DNA of 49,131 nt, the filler included, from Sphacelaria rigidula (lineage: Eukaryota): assembly GCA_964200075.2 (NCBI GenBank). It is 2 parts of 2 records of this genome, joined end to end, with 100 filler letters (N's around TTAATTAATTAA, not from the genome) between each part and the next. Parts side by side here need not be neighbours in the genome. Positions count along the whole stretch, not along the records: positions 1 to 24,527 come from CAXNAA020000201.1; 1 more part is not named here. The stretch is one strand, 5' to 3'. A program made the position numbers and the translations under genes. Below, piece by piece: positions 1 through 12,334 of this stretch (position 1 is the first letter of the stretch; every line of letters begins with the position of its first letter). The notes beneath the pieces are model-generated. The model did not search any database and was not told where the DNA came from. It was given only the letters and a program-made list of their open reading frames with translations.

Positions 1-41
1 AGAATTTTATTTATGTGAAACAAAAACAACCGGCGGCAGCG

Positions 42-44
<3 letters not shown>

Positions 45-76
<32 letters not shown>
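45..76. repeat. G homopolymer (32 nt), in DDX6 intron 2
   Basis: Uninterrupted G run read directly from the sequence. Confidence 0.9.
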
Positions 77-81
<5 letters not shown>

Positions 82-543
82 CCACCAAATCAGGTAGGGG
101 GCAAGTCTAAAACGAAGACGTTCCATCCAAAACCCAAAAAACACCACCCTCCCTGCACAGGCCCGCTCCCAGAAGATTCCGGCACAACACGTAGGCAGGC
201 GCCGGAAATGTCAAACCCGCGAATAATGAACAGCCGATAGAGAAATGCTCAGAAACGCTTGCTTGCAATGCCGCACGACCCAGGCGTCAACTTATAGTTA
301 CACGTTTTTGTACTTTGGAAATATAACGGGGGTTCCACCATAGATACGGTCCGTCACATTAGTATCAAGTAATTACCTTTGCTGTACGCAGTGCGAGGTC
401 CCATCATAGTGGGGGTCATGCCGGGCTGGCGACCCACCGCACTATTCCATCACCCACCGCACTCTACACCACCGCCAACGGGTACGGTAGGCCGTGATCC
501 GAAATGGTCTCGTGTTTACACCCTAGACAATAGATTCTATCGT

Positions 544-626
544 AAAAAAATGTAGCGCGTACAGTATGGAATCTGTTGTCTATTGCAATAGGCACAATAG
601 TCGATACTGTACGCAGTACAATTTTT
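544..626. repeat. Short imperfect palindrome (MITE-like)
   Basis: Arm AAAAAATGTAGCGCGTACAGTAT pairs with ATACTGTACGCAGTACAATTTTTT; centre CTATTGCAATAG. Confidence 0.65.
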
Positions 627-710
627 GGCTGTGTATTCCCTTGTCCAGGGTGTGCTCGTCTTGTCGGTGGTACTTGAAATTCACATGACCGTGAAAAATA
701 ACGCTCTGAC

Positions 711-894
711 CTGAATGTAGTTGCGCTTGACGTCCGTCTTTTCTATGCAGGGGATGATGAACGCAGCCGTCTTTCCGGTACCGTTCTTGGCCCTGGCTAG
801 AAGGTTGCGGCCCTGCAGCAAGATAGGGATGGCCTCTTCCTGGATCGGCGAAGGGCGCTCAAAACCCTTCTCGTATATGCCCATCAGAAGCTCC
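711..894 (-). CDS. DDX6: DEAD-box RNA helicase DDX6/Dhh1/Me31B, coding exon 2 (gene continues beyond window start)
   Basis: Encodes (R)[23 protein letters not shown] (Q motif) and [10 protein letters not shown] (DDX6-type Walker A). Acceptor TGCAG| and donor CAG|GTCAGA. Phase matches exon 1 (CG+G = Arg). Confidence 0.95.
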
Positions 895-1259
895 CTGCAC
901 GACCGAGAATCAGCCAGTATGAAGTGCGCGTCGGGTCACCAGACACAAGATATAATACGAACCGACATGTGGTACACAACAAATACATGAGGGGGGGAAA
1001 TAAGCGAAAATTGCCCGTATTGAGAAGGAGTACGTCCAGTAGACTTGACGTCATCGACAGACCGGCCGCCGATATACTTGAAGCAGGACACATTTACAGG
1101 AAAAATTTCATATCGGACTGCATGCGCTGTGGAGAGATGGGATGATCATTTCGATAGTTTTGATTGGTGAGATGACTCACAATGTTTCCCCTACGAGCTG
1201 GACCGCCCAAGAAGCCATTTTCTTCGCTCAATTTTGGATCGTTTTTGAAGAACTCTTGA

Positions 1260-1809
1260 CACGATGCACAGGACGTATGTGCGAATACCGAACCTTTCCC
1301 CTTACGTTTTTTCTTTTTTTTTTCTTCGTGAGTTACTGGCAAGTTTGTTCCGAAAAAAATGTTCTGAAATGTTTTTCCACCAATAACTCACGTAGGAAGA
1401 AAAAAAAATAGGGGGGAAGGTTCGGTATTCGAACGTACGTTCTGTACATCGTGCCAAAATTCCATCGAAAAAAATCCAAAATTGAGCCGGGAAAATGCCT
1501 CATTCCGTCGACAACCGGATACTACAGTATATGGAGGTGGACCAGTCACGAAAAATTCAAACGCATTTATGCTGTTCAATGCCAGGCTGTTTTCGATGAA
1601 ATTTCGACACGATGTACAGGACGTATGTGCAAATGCCGAATCTTTCCTCCTGTGTTTTTTTTTCTTCGTGAGTTACTGGCAATTTCGTTCCAGAAAAAAA
1701 TTCTGAATTGTTCCATTGCCAATTACTCACGGAGAAAAAAAAAACACGGGAGGAACGACGGGGTGTTCGCACACACGTCCTGTACATCATGTCAAAATTT
1801 CATCGAAAA
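1260..1809. repeat. Two tandem ~200-bp palindromic units (1260-1453, 1590-1809), fold-back/MITE-like
   Basis: Each unit has arms CACGATG(C/T)ACAGGACGTATGTG...TTCTTCGTGAGTTACTGGCAA and the reverse complement; the two units are similar to each other. Confidence 0.75.
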
Positions 1810-2531
1810 CGACCGAGTATTAAGCTCGGTAATTGTGTGACAGCTTGTGCGGCACCACGCAGCACAAAACTGACTGCAACCGAAAATCCAATCTCAGCCG
1901 TTTTCATTTGGCTAATCCGCCGCACATGGTACCCTCAACTCTTGACACTTTCGCACTTGGCTAGAGTTTGGTATTTCGTTTGATGAGATCTTGTCGGATC
2001 GCAGTACTACATGGATTTGAAGACGCGCGCTGATTTGTCGATTACCACAATGTGTCATAGTAGGCACAACTTGCGATACATCGTCAGTTAGAACGGGCTG
2101 AGGGAAAGTGAGCTTCTTAGGCGGCCCAGGCCTGTACAAGTTGTCCAATATCGCTCACCTGTAGGTGATGCTCTTCAAGACCATTTTGACCACAACCACA
2201 CACACTAAACAGGGGGTGCTGTTTGCTCTCTGCACAACATTTGAAACGTCCCTACCCCCCCCTTGTGTTGGCAAGTGCCGGGCACTGTTTTTGTATAGTA
2301 CTGGGCAAAGATAAAACCTGGTTTACTGTCTGGTGTGGAGTGAATAGCAGGGGCACTGTACTACAACATTGTACTGTTTGTTACCTTTAGCCTTATCTGA
2401 AAAAAGTCCGTCTACACGGTACAGAAGCAGCGCGGTAACACGGAGCGCGGTTGAGGTAGATGTGTGACATCAAGTGTAACATTAGAACATACAGGACGTG
2501 CGCCAGCAACGCCACGAAGAATCAAGACCGC

Positions 2532-2880
2532 TTAACCCTTTCGGGACCGACCCCCAACTAACGCGGGGTTGACCTGTGTTGGTGGAATAATAAAAAACAA
2601 GTCTTCGAGCGACCTGCCGAATCACGGCGAGGCGAGATTTATCGACCAGACCCGAACGACCAGTGCTGGGATTGTTGGCAAGTATGATATCGCTGTAAAG
2701 ATCGTGTGGGGATCCTATCCCTGGCCCAGATAAGCCTTCGCAGGTTTGCAAGTGCAGGGCGGTCGGAACTTGGTTGTATGATATGACTTGCACTCAGTGT
2801 ACCGTTCCCGAGTTTTCCGGTGGATTTTTTGGGCCACAATTCTATACTAAAACGTAGTCATTACAGACACAGGGTCAACC
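2532..2880 (+). mobile_element. piggyBac-like non-autonomous element, left end (right end not found)
   Basis: TTAA followed by CCCTTTCGGGACC; the first ~110 bp recur at 24413-24527. Subterminal motif GGTTGAC(C)CTGTGT is inverted at 2867-2880. Confidence 0.55.
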
Positions 2881-3618
2881 GGAAAAGCCGGGAAGGAGTG
2901 TACCTGCTATCACGTGGTCATTTTTACGAGGCACAAAATCCAGGTGGGGTGTAGAAAGACAAGAGGAGCTACCGTAATGAATTCTGCGTATCCCTATGCC
3001 GATGACTTGCAGCGTGCAGTCCACATGTATGTAGTGGACAGGGATGACAAAGCTGTATATAGGTAACTAACAATTGCCCAGAACGTGCGAGGGTGTATGC
3101 AACGGCAGCTGCTGCTTCTGTCGGAGAGGCGTACTACGTTGTACTGTACTATTCAACCACTTCGGAGTCCGTCGCCAATTGTGCCGAAAACCCGTCATCC
3201 TACATTCCCGCCGAGTTTAGGAGAATGGCAATGGTGTATCGTAGATCGCTCATTGTTGACCTGGCAGACGCTAGACCGAACTTCTCATTATTTGGCCGAC
3301 GGGATTGCGACAACCTAGGTTCATCTTTGAGCGGGCGGGTTACGATTACTAGATCAGTCTCGGCTCTCTGCCGACAGCGATGTGTCAGCACAGCCAACCG
3401 CACTCGGCACACCTCCGGGCATTCCCTACTGCATGTGTCATTGGTCGAGGTTACCGGTATGCCCGAATATTCTTGCCACGCACAGAGGGCAATTCACAAC
3501 TGAGCAGGCCCAGACGCTCTTGCTCCTACGCATGCATTATCTTCCCACCCAACACAAGTACTTCAAACCCTCTTGAAACAGGCGGCCACGTGGCGACTAA
3601 CTGGGCACCTCAAATTGA

Positions 3619-3868
3619 GACACTTTCTACGATAGCCCCCCCCCCTGAAAGCCAGCCCAAAAGCGTGATGAAAAATACGGACGTACAGCGCCCGATGTTT
3701 GGGTTCAGGATGCATGGAGCACCTCATTTTGGCGGCATAGGCTAGAACGAACCCAAGCGTGAGAATTCCGAGCTGCTCGTTGTGCTCGGCTTTTCCCACT
3801 TCGATTAACGAAAATATTTTGCCTCCGAAAACCATGCACTTTTTGGGGGAGCTATCGTAGAAAGTGTC
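3619..3868. mobile_element. 250-bp MITE with 18-bp perfect TIR and 4-bp TSD
   Basis: GACACTTTCTACGATAGC ... GCTATCGTAGAAAGTGTC, flanked on both sides by TTGA. Confidence 0.8.
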
Positions 3869-4402
3869 TTGAGCGTCCGCGCATGTTGCTCAGAAATTGT
3901 GTTTGCTGACAGTCTCGCGAGTTCATGGGCGGTGTTGTTTATTCGCGAGTGTGTGCGGGGGGGGGGGGGACAGGGGGGGAGTACTGAAACGCTAGATGAC
4001 ACGTTAAGGAGTGCAGATGCAACACTAGGGGCCTTGGTCATTAACCGTCTAGCAACCTTGTGGCGCGAGTGAGGGAACAGGGGCGTGCAGGTTGTCCATG
4101 CATTTTGCACCATACCGGTTCACACGTTGACATCTTCGTACCACTGCACTGCGACTGCAATATGCTGCTGCTCATGGCTTTTACACCAAAAACCATGACA
4201 CCGGCAAATATGCGCAGCGATCATTTTTCCATGCAGGAGTGACGTCGCCTCTTTATCAAGCATAACCTTTCTGGTGGGAAAACTCATCGGGCATCAGCAG
4301 ATATTGTATACGATGTATCACAAGAACATGAATAATATAAGACCGGCTTGGTGCTCACAATATACAAGTTTGATAGATGATCATCTTGATATGCCAATGT
4401 TT

Positions 4403-4656
4403 CACACGTCGGACAGCTCTTGAGCTACCGAAAATAACAAATCGAAGGGGACTCCCAGATTGCTCATCCAAAAACACAAATTACGTGACAGCAGGGCCCG
4501 AGAAGCCAAAGCGCTACCTTTACGCTTCTCGTGCTCGGTGTCCAGCGCTGTAGGGAGAAAATATGGAAAAAGCGATCACATGAGCTAGCTCGTGATCCGG
4601 ATCAGTACACTAATAAGAAGTAATATTTAGGTAGCTCATGAGCTGTCCGACGTGTG
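4403..4656. mobile_element. hAT-type MITE (CACACGTCGGACAG family)
   Basis: TIR CACACGTCGGACAGCTC(T/A)TGAGCTACC; perfect 8-bp TSD CAATGTTT on both sides; related copies at 22863, ~23858, 24018 and 46988. Confidence 0.88.
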
Positions 4657-6399
4657 CAATGTTTTATCCATATCAGTCACATACCACACCAGATGGATTT
4701 TACAGCCTGCAGCCGCTTCTTGTTTGGAAAGAAATCTCGTCAAGGAATGTCCTTTTGAGCTATTCAACGCCGACTTTTACCGGATTCGATCTGTTGCGGG
4801 TTGTGCCAACTTGGAAAGACTGGCTGTAGTTCAAGGAGGGATTATGGCGCACTTTCCCAGTCTTCCGCGCGCCCAGTTCTACCTTCAGCTGGACTAGCGA
4901 TTTTTCAAACGAGACACAAATGTTCTCAAGTCCTCCCAAAAAACACATACAAAAACAGATTTTGACCATGAGTGATATTTAAGAAATGCGGGGGATGGGG
5001 GCGGGAGGGGTGGAGTTCAAAGGCTTCAAGTTTTATCCCCTTATAGCCACCAAGCCGCCGGATAGCCGTCTGTTTCACAGGGTTTGAAATCATTGCTGCA
5101 GAGACAACGCCACCCTACATTTGATCGATTTGATCGATTTTTGCACTTCAACCTAGGAGACGGGGGATTGGGGCTTGCGCCCTCCACGACGTGTATTACA
5201 AAGATGAGGTCATTGCGACGACCGGCGCAACTAGCGTAAAACAAGCAGCATGGCATGTCAAGGGACGGCCATCAGAACACTGTATACATAGCACAAGACA
5301 ACTATACGCACTGTTCTTGGAGAGGTTACATTTCACCGAACTGTTGCCATTCGGGGGTACCTCTCCGTTGGGGGAACAAGCATACCAATGAGCGCCTAGT
5401 GGTGACACGTCAGTCCCGCGAGATGCCCTTCTACAAAAGCAGGCATCATGTATGTTGTACTGCGTGGATAGTATCCTGACAGCAGACCCTGTTCTGTAGC
5501 ACGTCATGCGCTCTTTTTGCGCTGCAACTGCATCGGTCGTCACAATCAACCTCGTACTCATGAATAACAAATGAGCAACAAGGAGCACACGCTGGCGCTT
5601 GGAGATCACCGTGAGAGGGATAATCGTGTCACCAGTGCATGCAGCATGGAATGCGCGAGGTAGACGCACCCGGTACGGCCACGGTATAGACACTCCGCCA
5701 TCGGCAGACGCTGCTGAGACTGATGCATGAAACAAGAGCACAAATAGGAACCCCAACCCGCCCGTTCGAACATCGACCCAGGTTCCTGCAATCTCGATTT
5801 CACTGGACAAGAACTACAAGACCCGATACTCGCGGGGAATTCGACTTAGCGTTCAGCCGACCCAGTCGGGCAGTCTACGCCTACACTGCGGTCATGTTCC
5901 TGGACCCGGGGGCACTCCCAATCCTAGATCCAACACGGTAGTACAGTACCGCACAAGACAAGCAGTGCAGTGCGGTTAACCGGCATGTGCTAGCTTCCTC
6001 CTCTTTGCTTTGAACATATCGGATGTACTACACACTGTCCGGTCCGAAAATCCTGACTCAACGATTGGCCTCGAGGACCAGAAGGGTTGAACTTTTGGTT
6101 CTCCAGCAGGATTTCAAAGTAGAGCAGAGAGTGATGTGTGTGGTTGCGACGAGACGCGTACGGTACTCCAGATGTGGTGAATTTTTGGGCAGAAAGTGAG
6201 TTTCAGACGTACTGTGCGCTGCGGTTATGAAGAAATTAGGCGTACTGCGGGCTAGATGACACACGACTCTGCGATCAGCAAAAACAAAATGACCAAGCAT
6301 ATCCTCAACAGTACGGTGACGGCGTGTCGTCACAACAAAAATCCAATCGAAATCTATTTCAATCTTCAACAGGACAAACTGTATCCATGCCGGACGTCA

Positions 6400-6843
6400 G
6401 ACCGTCTTGTATGGCAACCGATCCGTATTTGTACAAAGATGAGGATTTCAGCCCATATATGCCCGATTTCCTTTTGTGGATTGTTTTTTCGGACTCATGT
6501 CCGTTGGGCAATGTCTTCCAACCAGCTCTAGGGACACCAATTCTGCGATTCTATGGACGCTGACTTTTGGTTTATCACCTTTCTGCAGCCCGCATCTCCC
6601 CCGATTTGGGCCCCCCAGATTTGGGGGAGATGCGGGAGTCTACCGATCTGAGCAGAAAGGTAATGAACTAAAAGTCAGCGTCCAGTTAATCGGATCATTG
6701 ATCTGGTTTCCTCAGAGCTAGGCGAAAAACATTGCCCAACGGACTGCGGTCCGAAAAATCAATCCACAGGAGAAAATCGGATGTACACGGGCTGAAGTCC
6801 TCATATTTGTACAAATACAGATTGGTTGCCACACAAGACGGTC
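6400..6843. mobile_element. ~440-bp fold-back (whole-length inverted repeat) element
   Basis: GACCGTCTTGTATGGCAACC...TTTGTACAAA pairs with TTTGTACAAA...GGTTGCCACACAAGACGGTC; pairing continues into the CCCGCATCTCCCCC/GGGGGAGATGCGGG centre. Confidence 0.8.
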
Positions 6844-7783
6844 CGGTCTTAGATTTGTTGAGCTAACGATGGGAAAAATTCAACGGACATGAACAGACAT
6901 AAACCCGGGGGAATATTGAATAAACTCAGCCCAAATGCTAGTCGCCGCCCGTCTCCGCGTCCATCGTGGACTTTTTTTTCATGCCGCTGTTCGATAGGGT
7001 TCAACCTTGGACTTCGCCCATAATTTGGGATTTTCCTCGGGCTGGAGATAATCGCTAGCAGTTAGGGTTGCAGTTCAGAGAGACGGGTGAATCACAGCAC
7101 CGGATTCATTCTTTTACCTCCACTTTCGATTCATCCTATGACCGCCGGAGAAAGCCCGTCTCCAGAATCGGCATCATTTCTGTTCGAAAAATGATCGTCA
7201 GTGTCTGTCTGTGGATGCGCACAGGGTTCACCTTTCGACCGTCAGCTGGCAATCTGTTGAGACGACAGCACTCTCACTTCTAAAATTGTTGCAAAACCCA
7301 GATAACCTACTCTGTCGGCCGAAAACTCGGGACACGACCTAACGCGGCAGCATTTTTTTACCGTTCGACTGCGGGGAGCCGCAAGGTACTATATGCTCAA
7401 GAGTGCCATCCAATTGCCTCATTTCTTGCTCATTAGGCTCTACAGCTTTTCCCGAGCCTTCCCGTTGCCCTCGAGTGCACTCCTTTGCTCTCGAGAGCAT
7501 GCTGGGGAAATGCCGGCATCCAGCGAACCCTTACTGATCCTCACAAAAAAACCTGATGAAAACGCCACCGCGTCACCAATCCTCGGCGGATTCCGGCAAG
7601 AAATCCAATTGCATAATCTTTATGGTAAACAGAACGAGACGAACGATGGGTTCGCACCAAGCAAGGCCAAGCGGCTCACCGTCCTTGTATGTTCCCGACA
7701 CATCGTAACCCCTCGCTGGACAAACTCTGGTGGGAAAATCGTTTTTTCGCGACACATCAGACTAGACCCCCAAAGCGGGACGC

Positions 7784-8260
7784 TGAGACAGACTCTGATA
7801 AAAGCCGTTTTGAAAATCCTGGTCAAGACTGCCTTTTGGGCCCTTCCCCGTCTTTCACCCCCGGAAAAAAGGCTAGGAGGATGCTGAAACCTCGGGAAAA
7901 ATTGCTCTGCTCATTGAGGACGTTCCAGGGCAACTTTGCATTTCCCGCTGGTCGCCGTCTTATTTTTGGCCAAACTTGCATCTTCAATAGAAAACGGTCG
8001 AATGGTGAGAACACGGGGGGGAATCTGCCAGCATTTCGATCACGTGACCGTTTCTTGCTGAAAATGCAAGTTTGGCCAAAAACAAAACTGTCACAAGCGG
8101 GAGACGCAAAGTTGCCCAGGAACGGTCTCAACGAGTAGAGCAAGTCATTTCAAGGCGTCAACATCCGCCTGACTCTCGTTTGGGACATAAAACGACGGAA
8201 GGGGACCCAAAAGACAATTTTCAACAGGAATTTTGAACGGCTCACATCAAAGTTGGCTCA
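7784..8260. mobile_element. ~480-bp fold-back element
   Basis: GGGCAACTTTGC/GCAAAGTTGCCC and TTTTTGGCCAAACTTGCAT/ATGCAAGTTTGGCCAAAAA; arms pair along most of the length. Confidence 0.78.
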
Positions 8261-8333
8261 AGTTCGCCACAACACATAAAACGCGATCCCCGCCCGCTCC
8301 CTTACCCCCCATCCAATGCCAGGCAAATCTTAC

Positions 8334-8668
8334 CGTTTAAGGAAGTAGTCCTCGAAGTCGTTGCCCTTGGTCTGGGTCACGTCTTCCGTGCGGTAACGGT
8401 CATCCGCCTTGGGCTTCTTGAGCCCCTCCTTCCAGTCATCTTCCCCCCCGCTCCCCCCCGCGCTTGCCCCCCCTCCTGCGGCCGCTCCTCCCTTCCCATC
8501 CATATGTACAGTGGGGGGTGCGCCTGCTGCTGCTGTCGCTGTTGTTGTCGCGGCCGCCCCGGCCCCGGCCCCTACGCCAGTGCCCGCTGGCGGACGAGTT
8601 GGTGGCGGCGGCGGCAGCAGCTGCGCGACCGCTCCATTTCCTGTCATGTTTTGCTGCTGAGTTGCCAT
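8334..8668 (-). CDS. DDX6: DDX6/Dhh1 helicase, coding exon 1
   Basis: ATG at 8668; low-complexity Q/P/G/A N-terminus, then [36 protein letters not shown], typical of the DDX6 N-terminal segment. Donor CG|GTAAG. Intron 895-8333 (7,439 bp). Confidence 0.93.
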
Positions 8669-10678
8669 TTTCTCCTGTGACGATTGTTTTTGACGGTCTC
8701 TGGAACTCTCCCCCGCTCTTGTTCTTTCAGTTGGTCTCTCGCTTGCAGAACAGGTGTGTACGCTGGAGAACACCCCCTCGAAAAAGATCAACCAGACTTT
8801 TCTTCACTTTTGTCCCCCGCCTTCGCTTCCTTTTTTTTACGGTAGGCTACACTACGCCACGTAACCTAGAGAGGGAAAAATTGCGACGCTGGAACTGACT
8901 GGGGAAACCAAATGGATATATCTTTCCTTGATCAAGTTTTTACTCGTTGTATCGTGAAAACTATATTCCTCACTTCGGAGTTTATTTGTTCCGATTGATG
9001 TGAACTTTTCAGACACAACTTCCGTGAGTTCCTCTTCCCTTCCTGGATACTTGACAATATCAGAGTCAAGCTGAACCGATGATGTTTTGGTTCACTTTTC
9101 TCCTCGATAGCAAACGCGGAAAACGTGGCCTTCAAGCCTCGGATTTCCTTCTCCACACCTTGGAGTATGACAACCGAAACTCAACGTTTGTACGGACGTT
9201 CCGGAAAAGTACGCGATCTTTCTTGTCCGAACTATCAAAAACAGTACAAAAGAAGCAACGTGACACCCCTGACCGAACACGCGGAGTTTCAGAGTTTTCT
9301 TGTTCGCCTACGTCTCTTCCTCCCCTGCGCCCAGCAGACGACAAGCAGCACCACACAAAGGAATGGGCGCGCTGGGCTGCCTCTATATGATATAAACCAA
9401 TTTCTAATGAAAAAACAACAGGATATAAAACCAAGTAAAATAACAGAGGCTTCGCTGCTCGATTTCCCTCCTTCTCCTGAATATGTTCCACTTTTTGTAC
9501 CCCAGCCAAGACGACAAAATAACAAACAAATGCCTGACTGTAGGAATACAGAACAAAAAGGGGGTTCAGGGTATAGGGGCGGCGGAAGCAAGTGGTTCGA
9601 GATGGAGAAAAGACGCAGCGGGCGAGGCTGACTACTGTCCTTTCTTTCTCTGCGAACAACAAGGATACAGCAAATAATGCTCTCTCTGTCTTGTCTCTCG
9701 TTCGTCAACTCTTTCCTCTCTGGTGTCTCTCTCACTCTTCGACTGGGGCTAAAATGTGGGAACTGTCTTCTTCAATATTGAGATGACCCCTCCACCATAG
9801 CTTGGGGGGCCTCCGCACAGCTTACCCCCTCGTCCGGTTACAGCGTATCTGCTTGAATAAACAGCAACACATGATCCAGATGTTACGGCCATCAGGGGGG
9901 GAGGGGCGAGGGGGAAGGGGCTACTCGCTTTTCTGGTGCTTGCTGGAGCCGAGGGTGCGCATTCATGACCGAACACTCACGGGGACGAACATACCGGACA
10001 GCAAGGCACGCAGCTGGAGGCATCTGCCTTTGAAACAGGAAAGAGGGAATCAGGTTCGTGAGGGATATTTTTCGATGGGGGGCCACATCATGGATGACCC
10101 TGCCTAGGCAATGCCCGAGCTGTACAACATGCGATAGCAAATAAAACTCGTAAAATGACCATGAACACTAGACTGAACTCTTCTCCCTATGCCATCATGC
10201 TGACCCTATGTCCTCACGACTACCTTAGGGCAAGGCGAACCCGCCCAAAAAGCCAGCCCTCAAATACGCACTCTCGCCCACAGAAGAAAGGGCCGCCCTT
10301 GAACATTCTTCGATGATCACATACCTTTTCTGGCAGCAGATATGCGCGCGCGTGGACAGCTGTTCCAAGAGTGCCGGCGTTGAAAATGAAAACTTTGTGA
10401 TGAATGCAGAGGATGCTTTCGAGGTACTTGTTGTTGAGTTGTCGACAGAATGTCAGTATAGGACGACACGTAGGAGCTTATTGAACGCCCTTGGGGCTTC
10501 GCTTGGGCACGTCCTGTTACGACAGCATATTGTATTACCATCATCCAATACAATTGCTCCAAAAATTAGTTGCCCGGCGTCTATTCAGCACAGTTTTTGC
10601 GCTACAACAAGCACCAGACCCACCTTGTTATACCCGCCACACCATAAGAGCACTGGATAGAGGGTGAAAACAGAAAAT

Positions 10679-10811
10679 ATGTCGAGTGCTTTGCGAGTGG
10701 GAGTTGTGCGTGCGATGCGACCGGTGGCTGCTGCCGCTCGGCAGCAACCGCGCAGGGGAATGGCGAACAACCCTGCGGAAATCAGGGCACGCCAGGAATT
10801 GCTCAGTGCAG
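10679..10811 (+). CDS. Cytochrome c oxidase subunit VIIa-like protein, exon 1 (mitochondrial presequence)
   Basis: MSSALRVGVVRAMRPVAAAARQQPRRGMANNPAEIRARQELLSA: Arg/Ala-rich and acid-free up to RRG-MA, a typical presequence. Donor G|GTAAC, phase 1. Confidence 0.8.
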
Positions 10812-12131
10812 GTAACAAGAGTCGGAGCCACACTCAACGCTCAACTCGCCACGTTGGTGGTGTTGCTGCCGAAACCAGCACCCACCTACCCTCGTGGTGG
10901 TGTTGAGTTTGTGTAGGCATGTTTTAGACGCTACGAGGAACGTACGGAGCGGGTTTTGTACTGCTCCTGCTTCTTGAATTGAGCCCTATGCCACTAAGGA
11001 ATCGATCTCCCGACACCCGATCTGCTATTATAGTTTCTCTTCTGGTTGACCAAAGTGGGTGCCTCCCAGCTTCAGGTTCGCGGTTTCGTGCATTCATCGA
11101 CCAAGCCGCGCGAACCATTGCGTGGTACTGTAGTGTAGAGGAGAGATAACGCGTTATTGTGGCGATCGTAGCGGGAAGCACGACGTATTTTTTACCTGTT
11201 CCCGTGTCATGGTTATGCGGAGCTGCTGCTGCTGTTTAATGGCAGTGACTTGGCGCACACAGCAAAGCGGTTCGCAGTTGGCTCCCCTGCAGGTGTGGCA
11301 AAAACATCTGTACTACAGAATACTTGCTGATCGTACTCTCTGAATGGACTGTACTGTCTCGAGTGCAGAAATATCGTACTGAAGGCAGTGGACCAGGGTC
11401 TAAATGCTTACCCACGTGACCTCGTTGAAGGAACACCGCCAAGATGCTCCGAGATTGCATGTACCGATCTCAAGAACGCGTACTCAAGGAGCTCCCAGAC
11501 ATGGGTATGCCTCTTAGACGACATCGATTGCGGCTGCACCATTCGTTCGATACATGCAACCCCACCCCCCAAAAAATATTTTACGGGATCGAGCTTTGAG
11601 GCGTTCGTCACTGCGATTCACATCACTGTACGGTGCAGGGTACCACCCATCGAGCATCCAATACTGGACAAATTTCAGCCCCCTTCAGGTGTGCATGGTG
11701 ATTGAACTTGAGCTGTACCGGTGCAGCGTTGTTTTGTCGTGTGCTGAAAGTATGTCGCCAAACGTCTGATCGTTATACAGCGTGCGCACGCCAGACACCA
11801 GATTGCTGAGTCCCGTCCGGATAATTGGCGTATGCGATCGTACCGCAGTAATTGAAACCCATCCGCCGCGATGCAGCACACGGAATGTAGAGGAGTATTT
11901 CACCCTCACTTGCCATTGATGCCCTGGCTCTACCTGACCCACTGCGGCGATTGTACTGGGCTGGTGATGATCCATAGACAGATGGGAAATGGATATATCG
12001 CTTCTTCGAGACTCAACGCAGGTTCAGTGTGCTGCACAACAGTTGTACCGCAGGTTACGGGGTATATCATATCACCCCGGGCGACATTAGACATGAAACG
12101 TTTGGACCAAGTGTTTTGGTGAAGGTTGCAA

Positions 12132-12334
12132 GGGTAGGTCGGGTAGGGCAAACCGTATACCCGGGCATTCTGAAAAGTCGTTTTTCGTATTGAAATAATT
12201 GGGTCGGGTATTGAGATAATCCCCGACTCTACCGAATATTTGGGTAGAGTATTGAGATCACACCCAAATTATCCTGAACTAGGTGAGAGTACATACCCGG
12301 GTACTCGAACGCAAATGGCCTACCCCACCTGTCC
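12132..12334. mobile_element. Degenerate MITE-like element
   Basis: Weak terminal inverted match GGTAGGTCGGGTAGG / CCTACCCCACCTGTCC; internal repeats of TACCCGGG and GTATTGAGAT. Confidence 0.35.

Noticed and set aside
410-490. tRNA-like motifs on the minus strand (also near 46205-46240)
   Set aside because: No complete cloverleaf or intact TTCG T-loop; at most a decayed SINE head.
8669-8791. Upstream extension of the DDX6 ORF in the ORF track
   Set aside because: Begins at a non-ATG codon; the first in-frame ATG is at 8668, so this is probably 5' UTR.
9079-9735. Overlapping 100-176 aa ORFs between the divergent genes
   Set aside because: No recognisable domain or convincing splice pattern; probably chance ORFs.
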